Shown here one piece after another: positions 1-12,637 of a stretch of 64,000 nucleotides of DNA (positions are counted from its first letter, which is position 1; every line of letters begins with the position of its first letter). The stretch is taken from the NCBI RefSeq assembly GCF_036321535.1, contig NC_087436.1, forward strand, positions 61,754,001-61,818,000, given 5' to 3'. Position numbers and translations under genes: made by a program. The notes under the pieces were generated by a model. It was given only the letters and a program-made list of their open reading frames with translations. It ran no database searches and was not told the origin of the DNA. The stretch is from Camelus dromedarius (lineage: Eukaryota).

Positions 1-470
1 CTTATAGTATTGGTTATCTTCTTCCCTATAATGCTTGTAATTCCCTTAAATTACAAGTTAAATTTAAAAGTTCAATTAAATTTAAATATTTTTAGCAAAA
101 AGATATTATATGTGATATTGTATACCTTATGAAGACTCCCTTTTGGTGTCATTATAAACTCATGGCTTTTTATAAATTTAATTTATGCAACTATAAATTT
201 CTTTTCTTTTTTGATGCATAAATTATCACACTTTTGTCCCATTTCAAACTCTTCAATATGGCTCCTTGGCTCCTATGTCCTCATTGCATGACCTATTTAA
301 TCTTTAAAAATAGCCTTGCTTTCTGACCTAGCAAGATGTTCTGAATTCAACTTGGATCATCTATGCTGTAGACATGAAGTCAGCCTTTTCTCCAAGAAGC
401 TCTGGTTCTTGTAAATGATGGTAGAGACCAAAATCTGGGCACTAGAATTTGCATATCAGTTTTGCTGGTA
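1..470 (-). mobile_element. Old LINE-1 (L1MC/L1ME-type) 3' UTR fragment
   Basis: 'ttttctccaagaagctctggttc...gagaccaaaatctgggcactag' (~386-446) resembles the reverse-strand 3' UTR of old L1MC-type elements as I recall it; boundaries approximate. Confidence 0.55.
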
Positions 471-1111
471 GGATGGCATATATACCTATTCTAAAAAAAA
501 TTAAAGAACAGAACTTTTAGTTTTAAAACATCATTAAGAAACAGTTTTGTAATATTTGGAAGCAGAAATTTCAATTATCTTGAAAAGAAATTTTAGTATT
601 TTATTCTAAATACCTAAAACTTTTTGTAGATTTGTTATTTCACCAATTCTCATTTTAAAATACAGTATACATGTATTTTTTACCTTGTTTCCAGAATGTT
701 TCTTGTGAAAAAAATCCCAATCAATGTCTATTTTAGATTTTTTTTGAAAAGGGTAGGAATCAATTTGATCCTTGCATTAATTACTAACATACTAAGGCCA
801 GAATTACCTTTCTGATTCCCACCTTTGGTCAGGATAATTACCATTACATACACTACAGGGTGAAATTCACACTCTTCTCATGTCTTTCATAGCCCACTCT
901 ACGAGTCTCATTTCTTGCCCTTTCCATTTTATTACCTTTACTATTGTCACAGCAAACTCCTTGAATCCTGTGGACATACTGCCCACCATCTTTCACAAAT
1001 TTATATTTATTCTGATTACTTCCAATGCCTAGAAGCTGTTTCTTTTTTTCCCCTTTCTCCTTTTCTCTTTTTCACTCTCTCCCAATCTCCTGATTCATCT
1101 ATAATATAGGG

Positions 1112-1336
1112 TAGTAGTTCTGAAAGTGTGGTCCATTTGTCAGCAACATTCGCATCACTTGAGAACTTGTCAGAAATGCAACATTAGCATCACTTGAGAA
1201 CTTGTCAGAAATGCACATTTTTAGGCCCTACCCCTGGCCTACTAAATAAAAAATTCTGAGAAAGGGACCTAGCAATCTGCATTTCTGACAAGTTCTCCAG
1301 GTGATTCTGATGAGAGCTGACACTTGAGAACCAGTA
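1112..1336 (+). mobile_element. MER5A hAT-Charlie MITE with an internal 35-bp tandem duplication
   Basis: Termini 'tagtagttctgaaagtgtggtcc' and 'cttgagaaccagta'; diagnostic core 'gcatcacttgagaacttgtcagaaatgca', 'ctccaggtgattctgatg'. Confidence 0.85.
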
Positions 1337-1464
1337 ATATAAGGTTACACAGACAACCCAGTCACAACTCCATAACCAAGTCTCAAGGAGAACATTGTTT
1401 TATGCCTTGTTTTCTAGAATTCAATAGCTGATTTAGTGATTGACAGTATATCTAGCATAAGTGA

Positions 1465-1645
1465 CTGTCAACCTTGACTGTACTTCTGTATTTCAGAAAT
1501 CACCTAGGATTTTTCTCTTTTTTTTGAACAAACATTGAAAGCTCATAGCCCCCAAGATTCTGGGCTGGGGTTCAGCCTGGGCATTGGGATTTTGAAAAGC
1601 TCCCTGAGTGATTCTAAGGTGCATCCAATTTTGAAAATCACTGCT
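1465..1645. mobile_element. MER5-family hAT MITE (MER5A1/MER5B-like)
   Basis: 'cagaaatcacctagg...gcctgggcattgggattttgaaaagctccctgagtgattctaaggtgcatccaattttgaaaatcactg'. Confidence 0.7.
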
Positions 1646-2004
1646 TTTTCAATTTCACCATCTCATAATTACATCAGAAGTGAGTGTTCATTGTTGCCTC
1701 CATGGATATCTCTGCTGTGACTGCTGCTTCTGCCATCCTCCTATCAAGACTTTGCACGCGAAGCTCCGAAGATGAAAGTTCTTTTGCAATCAACATGGAA
1801 TGCCCCTTTTAGATAAATGCATCATATTGAACCTCCTCAAAGTTTGCTGTTGCCTTGCAGATCTGGCCTATTGATGGCTGTCCTTTGACTAGGGCACTGG
1901 ACTGCAGGTCCAACCAGATGTGAACAAGGCAACAGTGTCAGCTATGTAACTATCACTCATTACCTTCAGTATGTAAGTTTATTTACATATTGAAGCTTCT
2001 AATA

Positions 2005-2106
2005 AGGGCAAATCTTTAGGCCCTATCTCAGACCTACTACATCTGAATGAACATTTAATGAAATTTTCAAGTGATTCATATGCACTTTAATGTTTGAGAA
2101 GCACTG
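2005..2106. mobile_element. MER5-family MITE fragment
   Basis: 'ggccctatctcagacctact...caagtgattcatatgcactttaatgtttgagaagcactg' matches the MER5A/MER5A1 3' half. Confidence 0.7.
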
Positions 2107-2756
2107 ATTTAATTAGCAAACCTATCATGTAGGTTAGAGCTACACATTGGTTTTCAAATATATTCATAGGAATGTGACTTTCATATATAGACTTACGATT
2201 ATTATTCTCATAAATGCCTTTTTTGGAAGGATATGAAGTATTTTTCAGTTAAGCATAAAAATATAAAGTCTTAATTCTATCTCATGTCTTGAATTTTGAA
2301 GAAGATAAACAAAATAATTGTTGCTATTATATATATTTGAAAGGTTGGCATGTGGATGAGAGATTATATTCATTCTCTAAGGATAAAAAAGGACTAATTA
2401 GCATCAACTTTGAAGGGATAGAGTTTATCGTAGTATCTTTTTCTTTTCACTTTTTGTTTTAACACCAGATTTACCCAAAGAAGGAATTAGAATTGCTTCT
2501 CAATGAAAGTTGTCAACACAAGCTGGACCATCTCTGAGCAAAAAGATTGTAGGGGTTACCCAAGTATGGGATGATTGTTTTGTGTAATTGACCTCTAGGA
2601 TTTATTCAGATGCAGCAATTTCATGATTTATGTGTGTCTCCAATTATATTATCAGGTCCTGTTGGTTAATTTTTTCTTTCATACCACTATTTCTGTGTTG
2701 ATCTGTCAGTGTACAGTATTCTGTATTGCATTTTTTGGTTGTTTTTATATATATTT

Positions 2757-2885
2757 CCTCAACTTGACTGTGAGCTCCTTAAGAGAAGAGGCTGTATGAC
2801 TGTGTCATTTATGTCCTTAATACATAGTATAGTACATAATATATGGTAAACAATAGATGGATATTTATTGAAAGAATGGAAGAAA
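2757..2885 (+). mobile_element. LINE-2 3' end
   Basis: 'gactgtgagctccttaagagaagaggc...atatttattgaaagaatggaa' is a typical L2 tail. Confidence 0.7.
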
Positions 2886-3414
2886 ACAGACAAGGAAAGA
2901 ATAAAGAAAATATTTAAATGTGTGGATACTTTGTTGGTGCAAAGCAATCTTTATGGCTGCTCCAACTAATGTCACCAACTAATTCCTTTAATAATGAAAA
3001 CATCATGATTGTGTCTTTTTAAAGAGAAAAATTCATGTTTGATGTATATATACCACTTGTTATCGAATATATAAAAATTCAACCTCTAGGGAAAAAAACA
3101 TTTACTGCCTGACAAACCACAGGTGGTTCAGTTTATTTCAAGAAAAGTCTTGTAAGAAAATGAACCATCTTTTTTTCTCATTGACATCAGGAACAGGAAA
3201 TAACATCTCTTAAGATAATGAACATAGAGGCATTTTGCCAAGATGTATTCTATAAAGTCATAAAAACCCACCTAGATAGAAACTTCAGTGTGCAAACAAA
3301 AGTAGAGGATTCAATTTTAAACTGTGCTAATGTAGAACTTAGGGGTGATAGAGAAATAGGAAAATATTGCTGAATAAATTCTGGAAAAAGCTCTTTGAAT
3401 AAGATAGTCTGACA

Positions 3415-4109
3415 TAGTAGGCAGATCACTTTCAGTGAGATAGTGGTTTCTCAGCTGCAAAGAGCTACCTCACTCAACAAAATACCCCTTCTCACAGCAG
3501 CTCAGATCAGTGCCCACACTTTCAGGGACTGTAAAGACCTGGTCATCTTAGCCCAACGAGGGGAAACTCTGAAAAGCCATTGTAGCTTCAAACTCTCTGT
3601 GAGGTTGTCTAATTTTGTTAGACCTGCTTCAAAACTGTCTTAGCTCGGGCTGCTATAATGCAATACGTAGATTGGGTGGCACAATTCTGGAGCCTGGGAA
3701 GTTCAAGGTCAAGGTCCTGGCAGATTCAGATCCTGGTAAAGACTCTCATTTCTGGCTTTAGGATGGCTGCCTTCTTGATGTGTCCTCATACACGTGGTGG
3801 AGAAAGAGAGTGCACTCTAGTCTCTCTTCCTCATTTAAAAAAAAAAAAAATCCAATCATGCAGGCTCCATCCTCATGAGTTCATTTACATATGACTAACT
3901 TCCCAAAAGACTTACTTCCAAATACCATCACACTGGAGGCTAGAGCTTCAACATACAAATTTGGGGGTAAGTACAAAATTCAGTCCATAACAACAGCTCA
4001 GCTTCTCCTCTTGTTTGATTCTGTTTTCTTTGTTTTCCTTTCTCATCCTTTAACATTGTGCATATGAAAACCCTCAGTGTCTGTATCTCAAACTATCCAA
4101 CCAGCAACA
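3415..4109 (+). mobile_element. LTR16-family (ERVL) solo LTR, split by an MLT1A insertion
   Basis: The left part 'gtaaagacctggtcatcttagcccaac...ctctgaaaagccatt...gacctgcttc' and the right part 'acagctcagcttctcctct...ctcagtgtctg...ccaaccagcaaca' are collinear with the LTR16A consensus as I recall it. Confidence 0.6.
3636..3992 (-). mobile_element. MLT1A/MLT1A0 (ERVL-MaLR) solo LTR
   Basis: TG...CA termini ('tgtcttagctcgggctgctataa' ... 'cagtccataaca'); 'cacaattctggagcctgggaagttcaaggtcaagg' and 'ccaaataccatcacactgg' are MLT1A hallmarks. Confidence 0.85.
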
Positions 4110-4384
4110 GAAACTTCACTGTTTTGGTCATAAACATAAATCAAAAGAGCCAACTTTAGGCAACACTGTAGAAAATATTCAACTTAAAACTCTATCTGCT
4201 ATATTAAAGTGTTGTTAGTAACTATGATGTTTCTGACTACAAGGCAAACTCGTAAACTTAATATATATCATCACAATTAAAATGTCTATATGATGTAGTC
4301 ATGCTTTAAACTTCATTCTACACTTTCCCCCCACTCCTGTTATTTTTGATTAAGTCACATTATTTAATGACTGGTATAATTTCA

Positions 4385-4530
4385 TCTTGGGTTCTTTTCT
4401 CAGCTCCATCACTTGTTAGCAAAATTTAAGCCATTTCTTTGTTTCAAAATTTCCTTATTCTGTAAAATAGGAGTCTAAATAACTTCTTGTATTTTGTATA
4501 ATTAATAGGAGGCCAAACTTCTGTGAAACT
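4385..4530 (+). mobile_element. MIR SINE fragment
   Basis: Degenerate core 'cagctccatcacttgttagc...tttccttattctgtaaaatagga'. Confidence 0.55.
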
Positions 4531-4656
4531 GCTTTATTAATTCTAAGACCTATACAGTGTAAGGAGATTTTCTTAACAATGTGGAAAATATTTAAATATT
4601 TGAAGCTTACTTTGAAGGAATTCTAAGTGATATTAAAACATTGTACCTCTTAGTAG

Positions 4657-7600
4657 AACAGTGGTTTTACACAGGAGCTGAACATCAGAATCAACAGACA
4701 AATTTTAACGAAAATTCAGTTTTGTTCTTAATCCATTCTATAAGGTCAGCATTACCCTAATACCAAAGCCAGATAAAGATACTGCAAGGAAATAAAACTA
4801 CAACCAATATGCTTTATGAACATTGATGCAAAGACCCTCAACAAAATATTAGCAAACTAAATTCAGCAGTATATTAAAAGGATTATACACCATGACCAAC
4901 TGATATTTATTTATCTATGCAAGGATGGCTCAACATACAAACACTAATTAGTGTAATATGATACATTAACAGAATGAAGGGGAAAGAAACACACGATTAT
5001 TTCAATCAATGTAGAAAAAATTTTGACAAAATTGAATATCCTTTCATGATTAAAAAAAAAAAAAAAACACTTAACAAAGAGTAGAAGAAAACTACCTTAA
5101 CATAATAAAGCCTTTATATGAAAAGTTCATAGAGAACACCATATTCAGTGATGAAAGACTGAAAACTTTTGTTCTAAGATTAGAAAGAAGACAAGGATTC
5201 TCACTTTCACCACTTCTGTTCAACATAGTACTGGAAGTCTTAGCCAGAGCAATTAGCCAAGAAGTAGAAATAAGGGGTATTGAAATTGGAAAGGAAGAAG
5301 TAAGGTGACCTTTCTTTGTAGATGACATAATCTTGTATGTAGAAAACCTTTAAAAATTCACACCAAAAAAACCTGTGGAACTAAGAAAAAATTAGCAAGT
5401 TATAGGATACAAAATCAACATGAAAAATTCACTTGTGTTTCTGTACATTAAGACTAGGTGCCATTTATTGTTTCTAGAGCCTTCCATTGAATTAGCTCAT
5501 TTAATCTTCACTGTAATGTTATGAGGTATGGGTGGTTCCATTTGTTACTTAATGGATAGGAAGTCATCTGGAAAAAAGGTGTAAATATAAAAGTATTAGA
5601 AAAAATTGATAATTGGATGAGAAAGGACCCTGTTAGCCTTAAACCAAAGACAAAAATTATAAAGGAGAAAATGATTGCTTTAAACATTTAAAATTTAAAA
5701 TGTCTATAGTGTAAAAACAAATCAAAAATAAAATTTTCCAAAAAGAGTGAACAATACAAAATAGAAATTAAAAAAATAATTTCATTTAAAATAGCATCCA
5801 AAAGAATAAAATTCTTATGAATAAACCTAACCAAGGAGGTGAAAGACTTGTACACTGAAATCTACAACATATTGCTGAAAGAAATTAAAGAAGACACAGA
5901 ATAAATGGAAAGGTATTTTATGTTCATGATTAGAAGAATTTTTATTATGATATCAATACTACCCAAAGTCAATACTACAGATTCAATGCAATCTCCATCA
6001 AATCCCAATGACTTTTTTGTAGAAATAGTAAAAATCCATCCTAAATTTCATTTGAAACCAGAAGGAACTTCAAATAAGCAAAAACAATCTTGAAAAAGAA
6101 AGGTCTCACTCTTACTGATTTCAAAACTTACTACAAAGCTGCAATAATCAAAACAGTGTGGTACTGACATAAAGAGAGACATATAGACAAACGGAATAGA
6201 ATAAAAGCCCAGACAGATTTTTGAATATACACTCCAGTTACTTTTGACAAGCATGTCAAAATTATTCAATGAAGAAAAGATAATGTCTTGAGCAAACAGT
6301 GTTGTGAAAACTGTAAAGCCATGTGTCAGAAAAATAAAATTGGATCCTTATCTTACTCCATACTCCAAAAAATAACTCAAAATGAATAAAAGACCAAAAT
6401 ATAAGAGTTAAATATTTAAATTCTTAGAAGAAAGCATAGAGGAAAATAATTTATTGGCTATAACAAAAACACAAGAATCAAAGAAAAAATAGATAAAGTA
6501 AACTTCATCAAAATTAAAAACCTTTATGCATAAAAGAACCTTATAAACAGAGTGAAAAGTCAACCCATAGAATGGGTAAAAGTATTTTTTTAATAATATA
6601 TCTAGTAAGAGGTTAATAGCCAAAATACATGAAGAACTTCTACAATTCTACAACACTACCACCACCACCAACAACAACTAACAACCTCATTAGAAACGAA
6701 CAAAGAACTTGACATTTCTCCAAAGAAGATAGAAATGGCAAGTAAGCACATAAAAAGTTGCTCAATATCACTAGTCATTAGGAAAATGCAAATCAAAACC
6801 ACAATGAAATACCACTTCCACCAATTAGGAGATCTATTATAAAAAACAAAAGAAAACAAAAAATATAACAAATGTTGGTGAGAGTGTGGAGAGATTGATA
6901 TCCTGTGTATTGCTGGTAGGAATATAAATGGTGCCATCACTGTGGAAAATGATATGGTGGTTCCTCAAAAAAATTAAACATAGAATTCCTATTTAAACCA
7001 GAAATTCCAGTTCTATATAAATATACCAAAGAATTGAAAGCAGAGAATCAAACCAATGTTCATAGCAATATTACTCATCCTAACCAAAAGATGGAAATAA
7101 CCCAATGTCCATTGGTGAGTGAGTGGATAAACAAAATGTGGTACATACATACCATGGGATATTACTCATTCTTGAAAAGGAAGGAAATTCTGACACATAC
7201 TACAACATGAATGGATCTTGAAGAATGAAAATCTTAAATGGTTCTTCACTATACTAAGTGAAATAAGATAGTTACAAACAAACACATACTGTATGATTCT
7301 ACTTACATAAGGTACCTAGAGTAGTCAAATTCATAGAGACAGAATGTTGGTTGCCCATGGTGAGCAGCGGGGATTAGGGTGTTATTGTTTAATAGTTTTA
7401 GAATTTCAAATGGGGAAAATGAAAAAGTTCTGGAGATTGGTTGCACAGCAATGTGAATATACTTAATGCTGCTGAACTGTACACTTAAAAATGGTTAACA
7501 TGGTGAAGTTTATACTACATAGTTTTACAATTTTAAAAATGCAGTTTTATAAAGACATACATTTCTAGAACCCATCCATTCCCTATGAATCAGGGTATCT

Positions 7601-7680
7601 GAAGTTTGTCCCCATAATCAATTTTTAATAAAAGATCCACACGTGATTTTTGTGCAGCCACATTTGGAAATATCTGTCTG
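4657..7680. mobile_element. MER5B-like MITE split by an L1 (halves ~4657-4723 and ~7549-7680)
   Basis: 'cagtggtttt...ctgaacatcagaatca' lies before the L1 and 'gaatcagggtatctg...cacgtgatttttgtgcagccacatttggaaa' after it. Confidence 0.55.
4724..7535 (+). mobile_element. 5'-truncated LINE-1 (L1MB-type): decayed ORF2 plus 3' UTR
   Basis: ORF2 remnants ('ataccaaagccagataaaga', RT motif region 'tttgtagatgacat' ~5315, C-terminal 'caaatcaaaaccacaatga'); L1MB-type tail 'gaactgtacacttaaaaatggttaa'; candidate 13-bp TSD aaaattcagtttt (4711-4723) / aaaatgcagtttt (7536-7548). Confidence 0.92.
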
Positions 7681-8508
7681 GAATGTTTACAAGAGTTCAT
7701 CAACCTGTGTTCTGTGTTCCACCTATTTTGTAATGCAGTAATACATCTGGAAAAAATTTTTTTAAATCCTAAGAGTAGTGTTAACTGGACTTCTCATGCT
7801 ATGCTTTATTATATTCTTTGTTATATCTTGATTCAGAATTCAGAATTACATTACCTGTGTTGAGAGAAAAATTTAATTACTTGATGGATCTCATTTTAGT
7901 ATCCTATCACATGTATAGTATTGGCTGCCTGCGGTTAGCTTTAAAGGACACTATTATATCATTTTTATGATCTGGAAAAAGGTGACAAAAGTATCAAAAA
8001 GTGCATTTGTTTAAAGGTACCTCTAATAAATTTACAGTAAAAGTATAGTTTTAAGATAATAAAAGCATCCTGGTTTGACAAAAAAGGATGAGACTGGAGT
8101 TTGGAAGCCTTCAGTGCCACCTGTAACTCTGCCACTACCAGGTGAACAGCCTTCAGTAAACTGCTCACCTACATGGTACTCTGCATGCTCATTCATGAAG
8201 GATGATTTGATGTTTCCTTTTCTGTGGCTCCTTTATCTCAAATTTCATTCTCTTCCAGTTAATCTCACTATAACTGTGACTACCTCTTGGTCTTGCTACA
8301 GGCTTCTCACACTGAGCTTTGTGGAGCAAACTCTGCATCACCAGCCTTTCCCATAACACTTTCCTTAACTTTAGTTGAAATTTCTCTCTCTCTCTCTTTT
8401 GGGCAATTAGTATCATCTCACCATTGGCTCTCCGTATTGCTCCTTCTCTCACTATGCTTGTTCACTGTGATTCACATGATGAGTGTTCAGTATGCTTGTT
8501 TGATTCCT

Positions 8509-8910
8509 CAGGCAGTCACCACAGGCAGGTGGCTCATGGGCCAAAGATAATCTGGAGATGTGTTTTCTGGTCGGCAGGTGGTTGGCTTCCAAAGTAATGG
8601 AAAACACAGTATTTTAATTTGAATTATTTTCCAATATGGAAAGTGTGGGAGTTTTCAGATGAAAATAAGAATTTCCAGCTTCTCTTTGAAATTGGAACAC
8701 TGTATGTGGCAACAGTTGTTTGAGATTAGCAGTAGCTATTCTCTTAAATGAAGCTTTGCATTATCCACTTTACTAAAGTCTGCACTATCCCCTGTTTCTT
8801 CTCTGTGTCTCAGGGGCACAGTCAGTTCCTGTTTACCATCTTAAATTTTGTTCTTCTTCATTATGTACATTTACTTCCAGGCCTTGAGGGCATTTGAATT
8901 TCAAACTCTG
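8509..8910 (+). mobile_element. MER102-like hAT-Charlie element
   Basis: 'atgggccaaa...gatgtgtttt', 'aatttccagcttctctttgaaattggaa', 'ggcaacagttgtttgagattagcagtagct' and end 'ggcatttgaatttcaaactctg' are collinear with MER102 as I recall it. Confidence 0.7.
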
Positions 8911-9139
8911 ACCCAAACCCTGTTACTTAGTGTCACTATTACCCCATAAACTGTCACTTATACTATTGAAGTCATAGCCTTATCACTCTACTCTTATCTA
9001 CTATAACATCCAAAATATATGTATATATTTCTTGATATTTGATACATTATTCTTTTTTCTAAGCTAGCCTCTCCTAAATTGTGTTCTGCAGATAATTTAT
9101 TCTTTTAGGTATTAATAGATGTTCCTCTAGAGCAGAGGA

Positions 9140-9285
9140 AAATAAATATACTTGGAAAAAATGTGGATAAGCAAAATTGAATGGGTCTTTGAAAGGGCCT
9201 TTAAGATGCTACTCTGCATTGCAGACCTCCTAGAAAGACAAGCAATCTGTAGCATTTCCTAACTTGTTAAACCACAGAAAGTGTT
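9140..9285. mobile_element. hAT-Charlie MITE fragment (MER112-like)
   Basis: 'gcctttaagatgctactctgcattgcagacctcc...gtagcatttcctaacttgttaaaccacagaa'; family name uncertain. Confidence 0.45.
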
Positions 9286-12123
9286 GGCATCATTCCTCGT
9301 GTATTCTTATCAGTTGGAAAGGGCTTTTAGTTCATCTTCTCCAATTTCTTATTGTACAGATGAGGAGCCTGAGTCTGGGAAGAATAATAGATGTCTTGCT
9401 AGGCTTATATTTGTGGTGATGTTAAACTTCATTTTTATGACCTTGCAGCCTTACATGCTCTTCAGCTACAGCAAGCTCACTTTCTACATCTCTCATTTTA
9501 TCAGCCTCATTTTGAAGTGAAGTCTTAACTTCAGTTGCTACCCTGCTTGGAGAGGAAACAACCATCTTAACAATACTCCATGTAACTCATTTGGAGAGTG
9601 ATTTTCAATGGTCTGGAGAGGAAAGAAGGACACTAACACAATCAAAATCACGTGGTGTTCTAGTGACTTTATGAAATATACATACCCTGTCTCTGAAATC
9701 TTCTTGTAGACACACTGGTTCCTGAAGGTTCTAATAGTCTTCTTGAGGGATGCATGGCCATAAACAGTTTTATCCATTGCTTATTACTAGCCGTATTTTG
9801 TCTAAAGAAGCATTTACTAGTAAACTTCATTCTAATAAAAACATTGGGCAGCAGACATCAGATAGATGAACTTTGGGGCTAGAAATTCAATAGTAGAATC
9901 AGCATTCCAACCTCGCTTGATTTGTGTGTGGCATTAGAATTTATACTAAACTTATACACTGAAGGGTTCCCCTCTGGAATGGGTGTTACAATTTCATAAT
10001 GGTGTTTTAAGGAATACATCAGAAAAGATGTAAAATACTTAGTATGGAGTAGTTTCTTTCTAAATGTCATTCCTTTTATCCTGCTAGCTAGAATGATTAA
10101 TGAAATAAGCTACTGTTAGTTTCCTTACGGGAGGAAGAGGTTGAGGATTAGGGCAGTTCTTTCCTGAGAAAGGATTGCACTGCTCTGAAATGAGGTGTTA
10201 TTTGCCCTGTAAATGATGACTTGTTGCTTTAGCAGTTCTGGAGGGGAGAGGAGGTCTTGCTTCCTCTCAGCAGTCCATATCAATCCCCTTGCCTAGGTGA
10301 CAGAATGCTGTGGTACATAAATTTTGCAGAGTGGGTGTTGCTCTATTATTTACTCCTTCTAAAGAGAAACATTGATCAAATCTAGCATATCTGTACTGGT
10401 GATTTATTATTCCATTTTATTCTCTTACAAGAGGATTAATGATTGAGGTAAAAGTCCATGCAACTATTGGAGAAATAAATATATATGCTAGTTGGTTATT
10501 TTGTTACACCGAAAGAATTTTAAATCTTTAATGTTACATTGGTTTAGGATAGCTTTGAGCAAAAAGTTCCAAATTTCCCCAGGAGTTTTGTTTCTGTTTT
10601 TTGGTTTTTATTTTGTTTTGTTTTGTTTTTTAGTAATTAAGGTATAATGTTCTGAGTTCTAAAATTCAATGTGATATTTAAAGCTTATAAATAAGCCATG
10701 CTAATGGAAGTCGTTTTAGGCATAAACATTCTGGAACTCTGATCTTCTGAAAAGGAAGAACTGTTCCCATATTAGGAAATAGAGGTGGATTGGTAAAGCC
10801 TCACTTCACCTGTGCCTTCAAGGATCACCCTCGGGGAAACCAAAGCCTACAATGAAAGAGTGAAGCAGACGCTTCCCATCCTTTAGGTTTTACCTTTATT
10901 TCAGCAGTCAGCAGGGCTATAATGCATCATAGGAGTGGAACACTTAATATCCACTAAAGCTGTCCTACTTACTGCTGTCCCTGCATCTTCTCCTTGGTCT
11001 CGGAGTTTGTTGCATGCTCCGTTTCCTACCAAATTTATCAACTGATTTCTGCTTTTTCTTCTTTTCTTGTCTCTTCTAAACTTAATGATTAATCTTTTGA
11101 GCTACACTCTCACCAACATCTTCAACTTTCCAGCATCTTCAACTCTCTTGTCCCCCTAGCTTTCCTTCTGACCTAGTCAAAAAAAATCTCATTCCTTAGC
11201 CTCTAATTCTCTTCTTTGTTTCTGTACCTGAATTTTGTTGCAAAAAACCCCAAAAAACAAAAAACATGCTATTTTGACTGCAGTTGCCACTAAATATTCA
11301 TGTCATTCAGCTTTAGCTAGACCCAAGCACTGATCAATATGTCATTGTACATAGACTGACCAGGCTTTTTACCGCTTTTCTTAGCCATGATGCTGATCTT
11401 CACCACACTCTTCAGTCATGCTCTACATGACAGTCTTGCATTTAATGCAGCTAGAATTCCTTAGAAATGCAGCTAGGTCTAGCACACATAACCAAAAAGA
11501 CTTAGCCTACTACTGAGGGGCAAAGACAAATTTAGGATAATGTGCATTTTTATAAAGCATACAAGAGCATTTTAAAAAAGAGATAAATAAAAAAGGTATG
11601 AACATTAGTAAAATAAAATACTTTTTAAAAAATGGATTCAGGTATGGTCTTTCTCTACTTTTCCACAAATATAGCCACATTCATTTTTACCTTCTTCCTT
11701 AGTTTCAGATACTGCAGAGTTGAAAGTTCTGTCTTCTTAAATCCAGCAACTCCTGGGCTAGAAAAAATATTTCATCTGCCTCATATATCTTTCTGGTCTA
11801 ATCACTCTTGACTCCTCTTTGTCTAGACACATAGTCAAGTATTTTCCATTCCTCGAAAGAACCCTGCTTATGTCATCTATCCCTTTTTAGTTACCATCTA
11901 ATATCTCTTTTACCTGTATCACCAAACTTCGGGAAAAAAAAAGGTTAACACTCATTTCTATCCTTTCCTTTAGTCTCCCATCCACTATAATTTATTTTTG
12001 TTCTTAAAACACTACCAGAATTGCTCTTGTCCAAATCACCAATAATTTACTAACTGCCAAGCCAAAAGGACAGCTGTAATATTGGGGACTGTTAATCATA
12101 ATATCCATGATAAGATTCATATT

Positions 12124-12356
12124 AATAAGAAGTAACATTTATTGGCATTTTCTGATGACTTGATTATACTATGCATTTTCTATTCATATCTCTTTCAGTC
12201 CCCAGTGACTCTATGAGAGAGTTAACTATTATTACCCTCATTTTGCTGACAAGAAGGTTGGGAGTCAGAGACATTATGTAAATTGCTGTCACACTGTTAG
12301 TAAGTGGGTAAGCCAGAGCTGAACCTAGATCTTAAAACTCTCCACTCCCGTATCTT
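12124..12356 (-). mobile_element. MIR SINE, near full length
   Basis: 'taacatttattgg...ctattattaccctcattttgctgacaagaaggttgggagtcagagacattatgtaaattgc...cacactgttagtaagtgg...gagctgaacctagatc'. Confidence 0.75.
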
Positions 12357-12489
12357 TGGGAATAACACTGTCTCTTATTTTTCCATTGACCCCTCTAACT
12401 CTACCATTTCTTTTTTTCTTGGCAGATTCTTCTTTATTCACCCCTTAAAACATTGGTTCTCCATCTCTTTTGTACAACAGAATTAACTA

Positions 12490-12637
12490 AAGGTATTTTT
12501 AACACTACAGATGTTATGAACCCACATCAAAGACTGAATCAGAACGGTCAAGGTTGGGATATTATGTATACCTAGAATGTGCATCTTAAAACTCCCCAAG
12601 TGATTTTAAAATGCAATAGAATTTGAGAGCCACTGCT
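12490..12637. mobile_element. MER5B-like MITE fragment
   Basis: 'gactgaatcagaa...ctccccaagtgattttaaaatgcaatagaatttgagagccactg'. Confidence 0.6.

Noticed and set aside
1143..1212. 35-bp direct repeats resembling CRISPR repeats
   Set aside because: Only two adjacent copies, no spacer, inside MER5A in mammalian DNA
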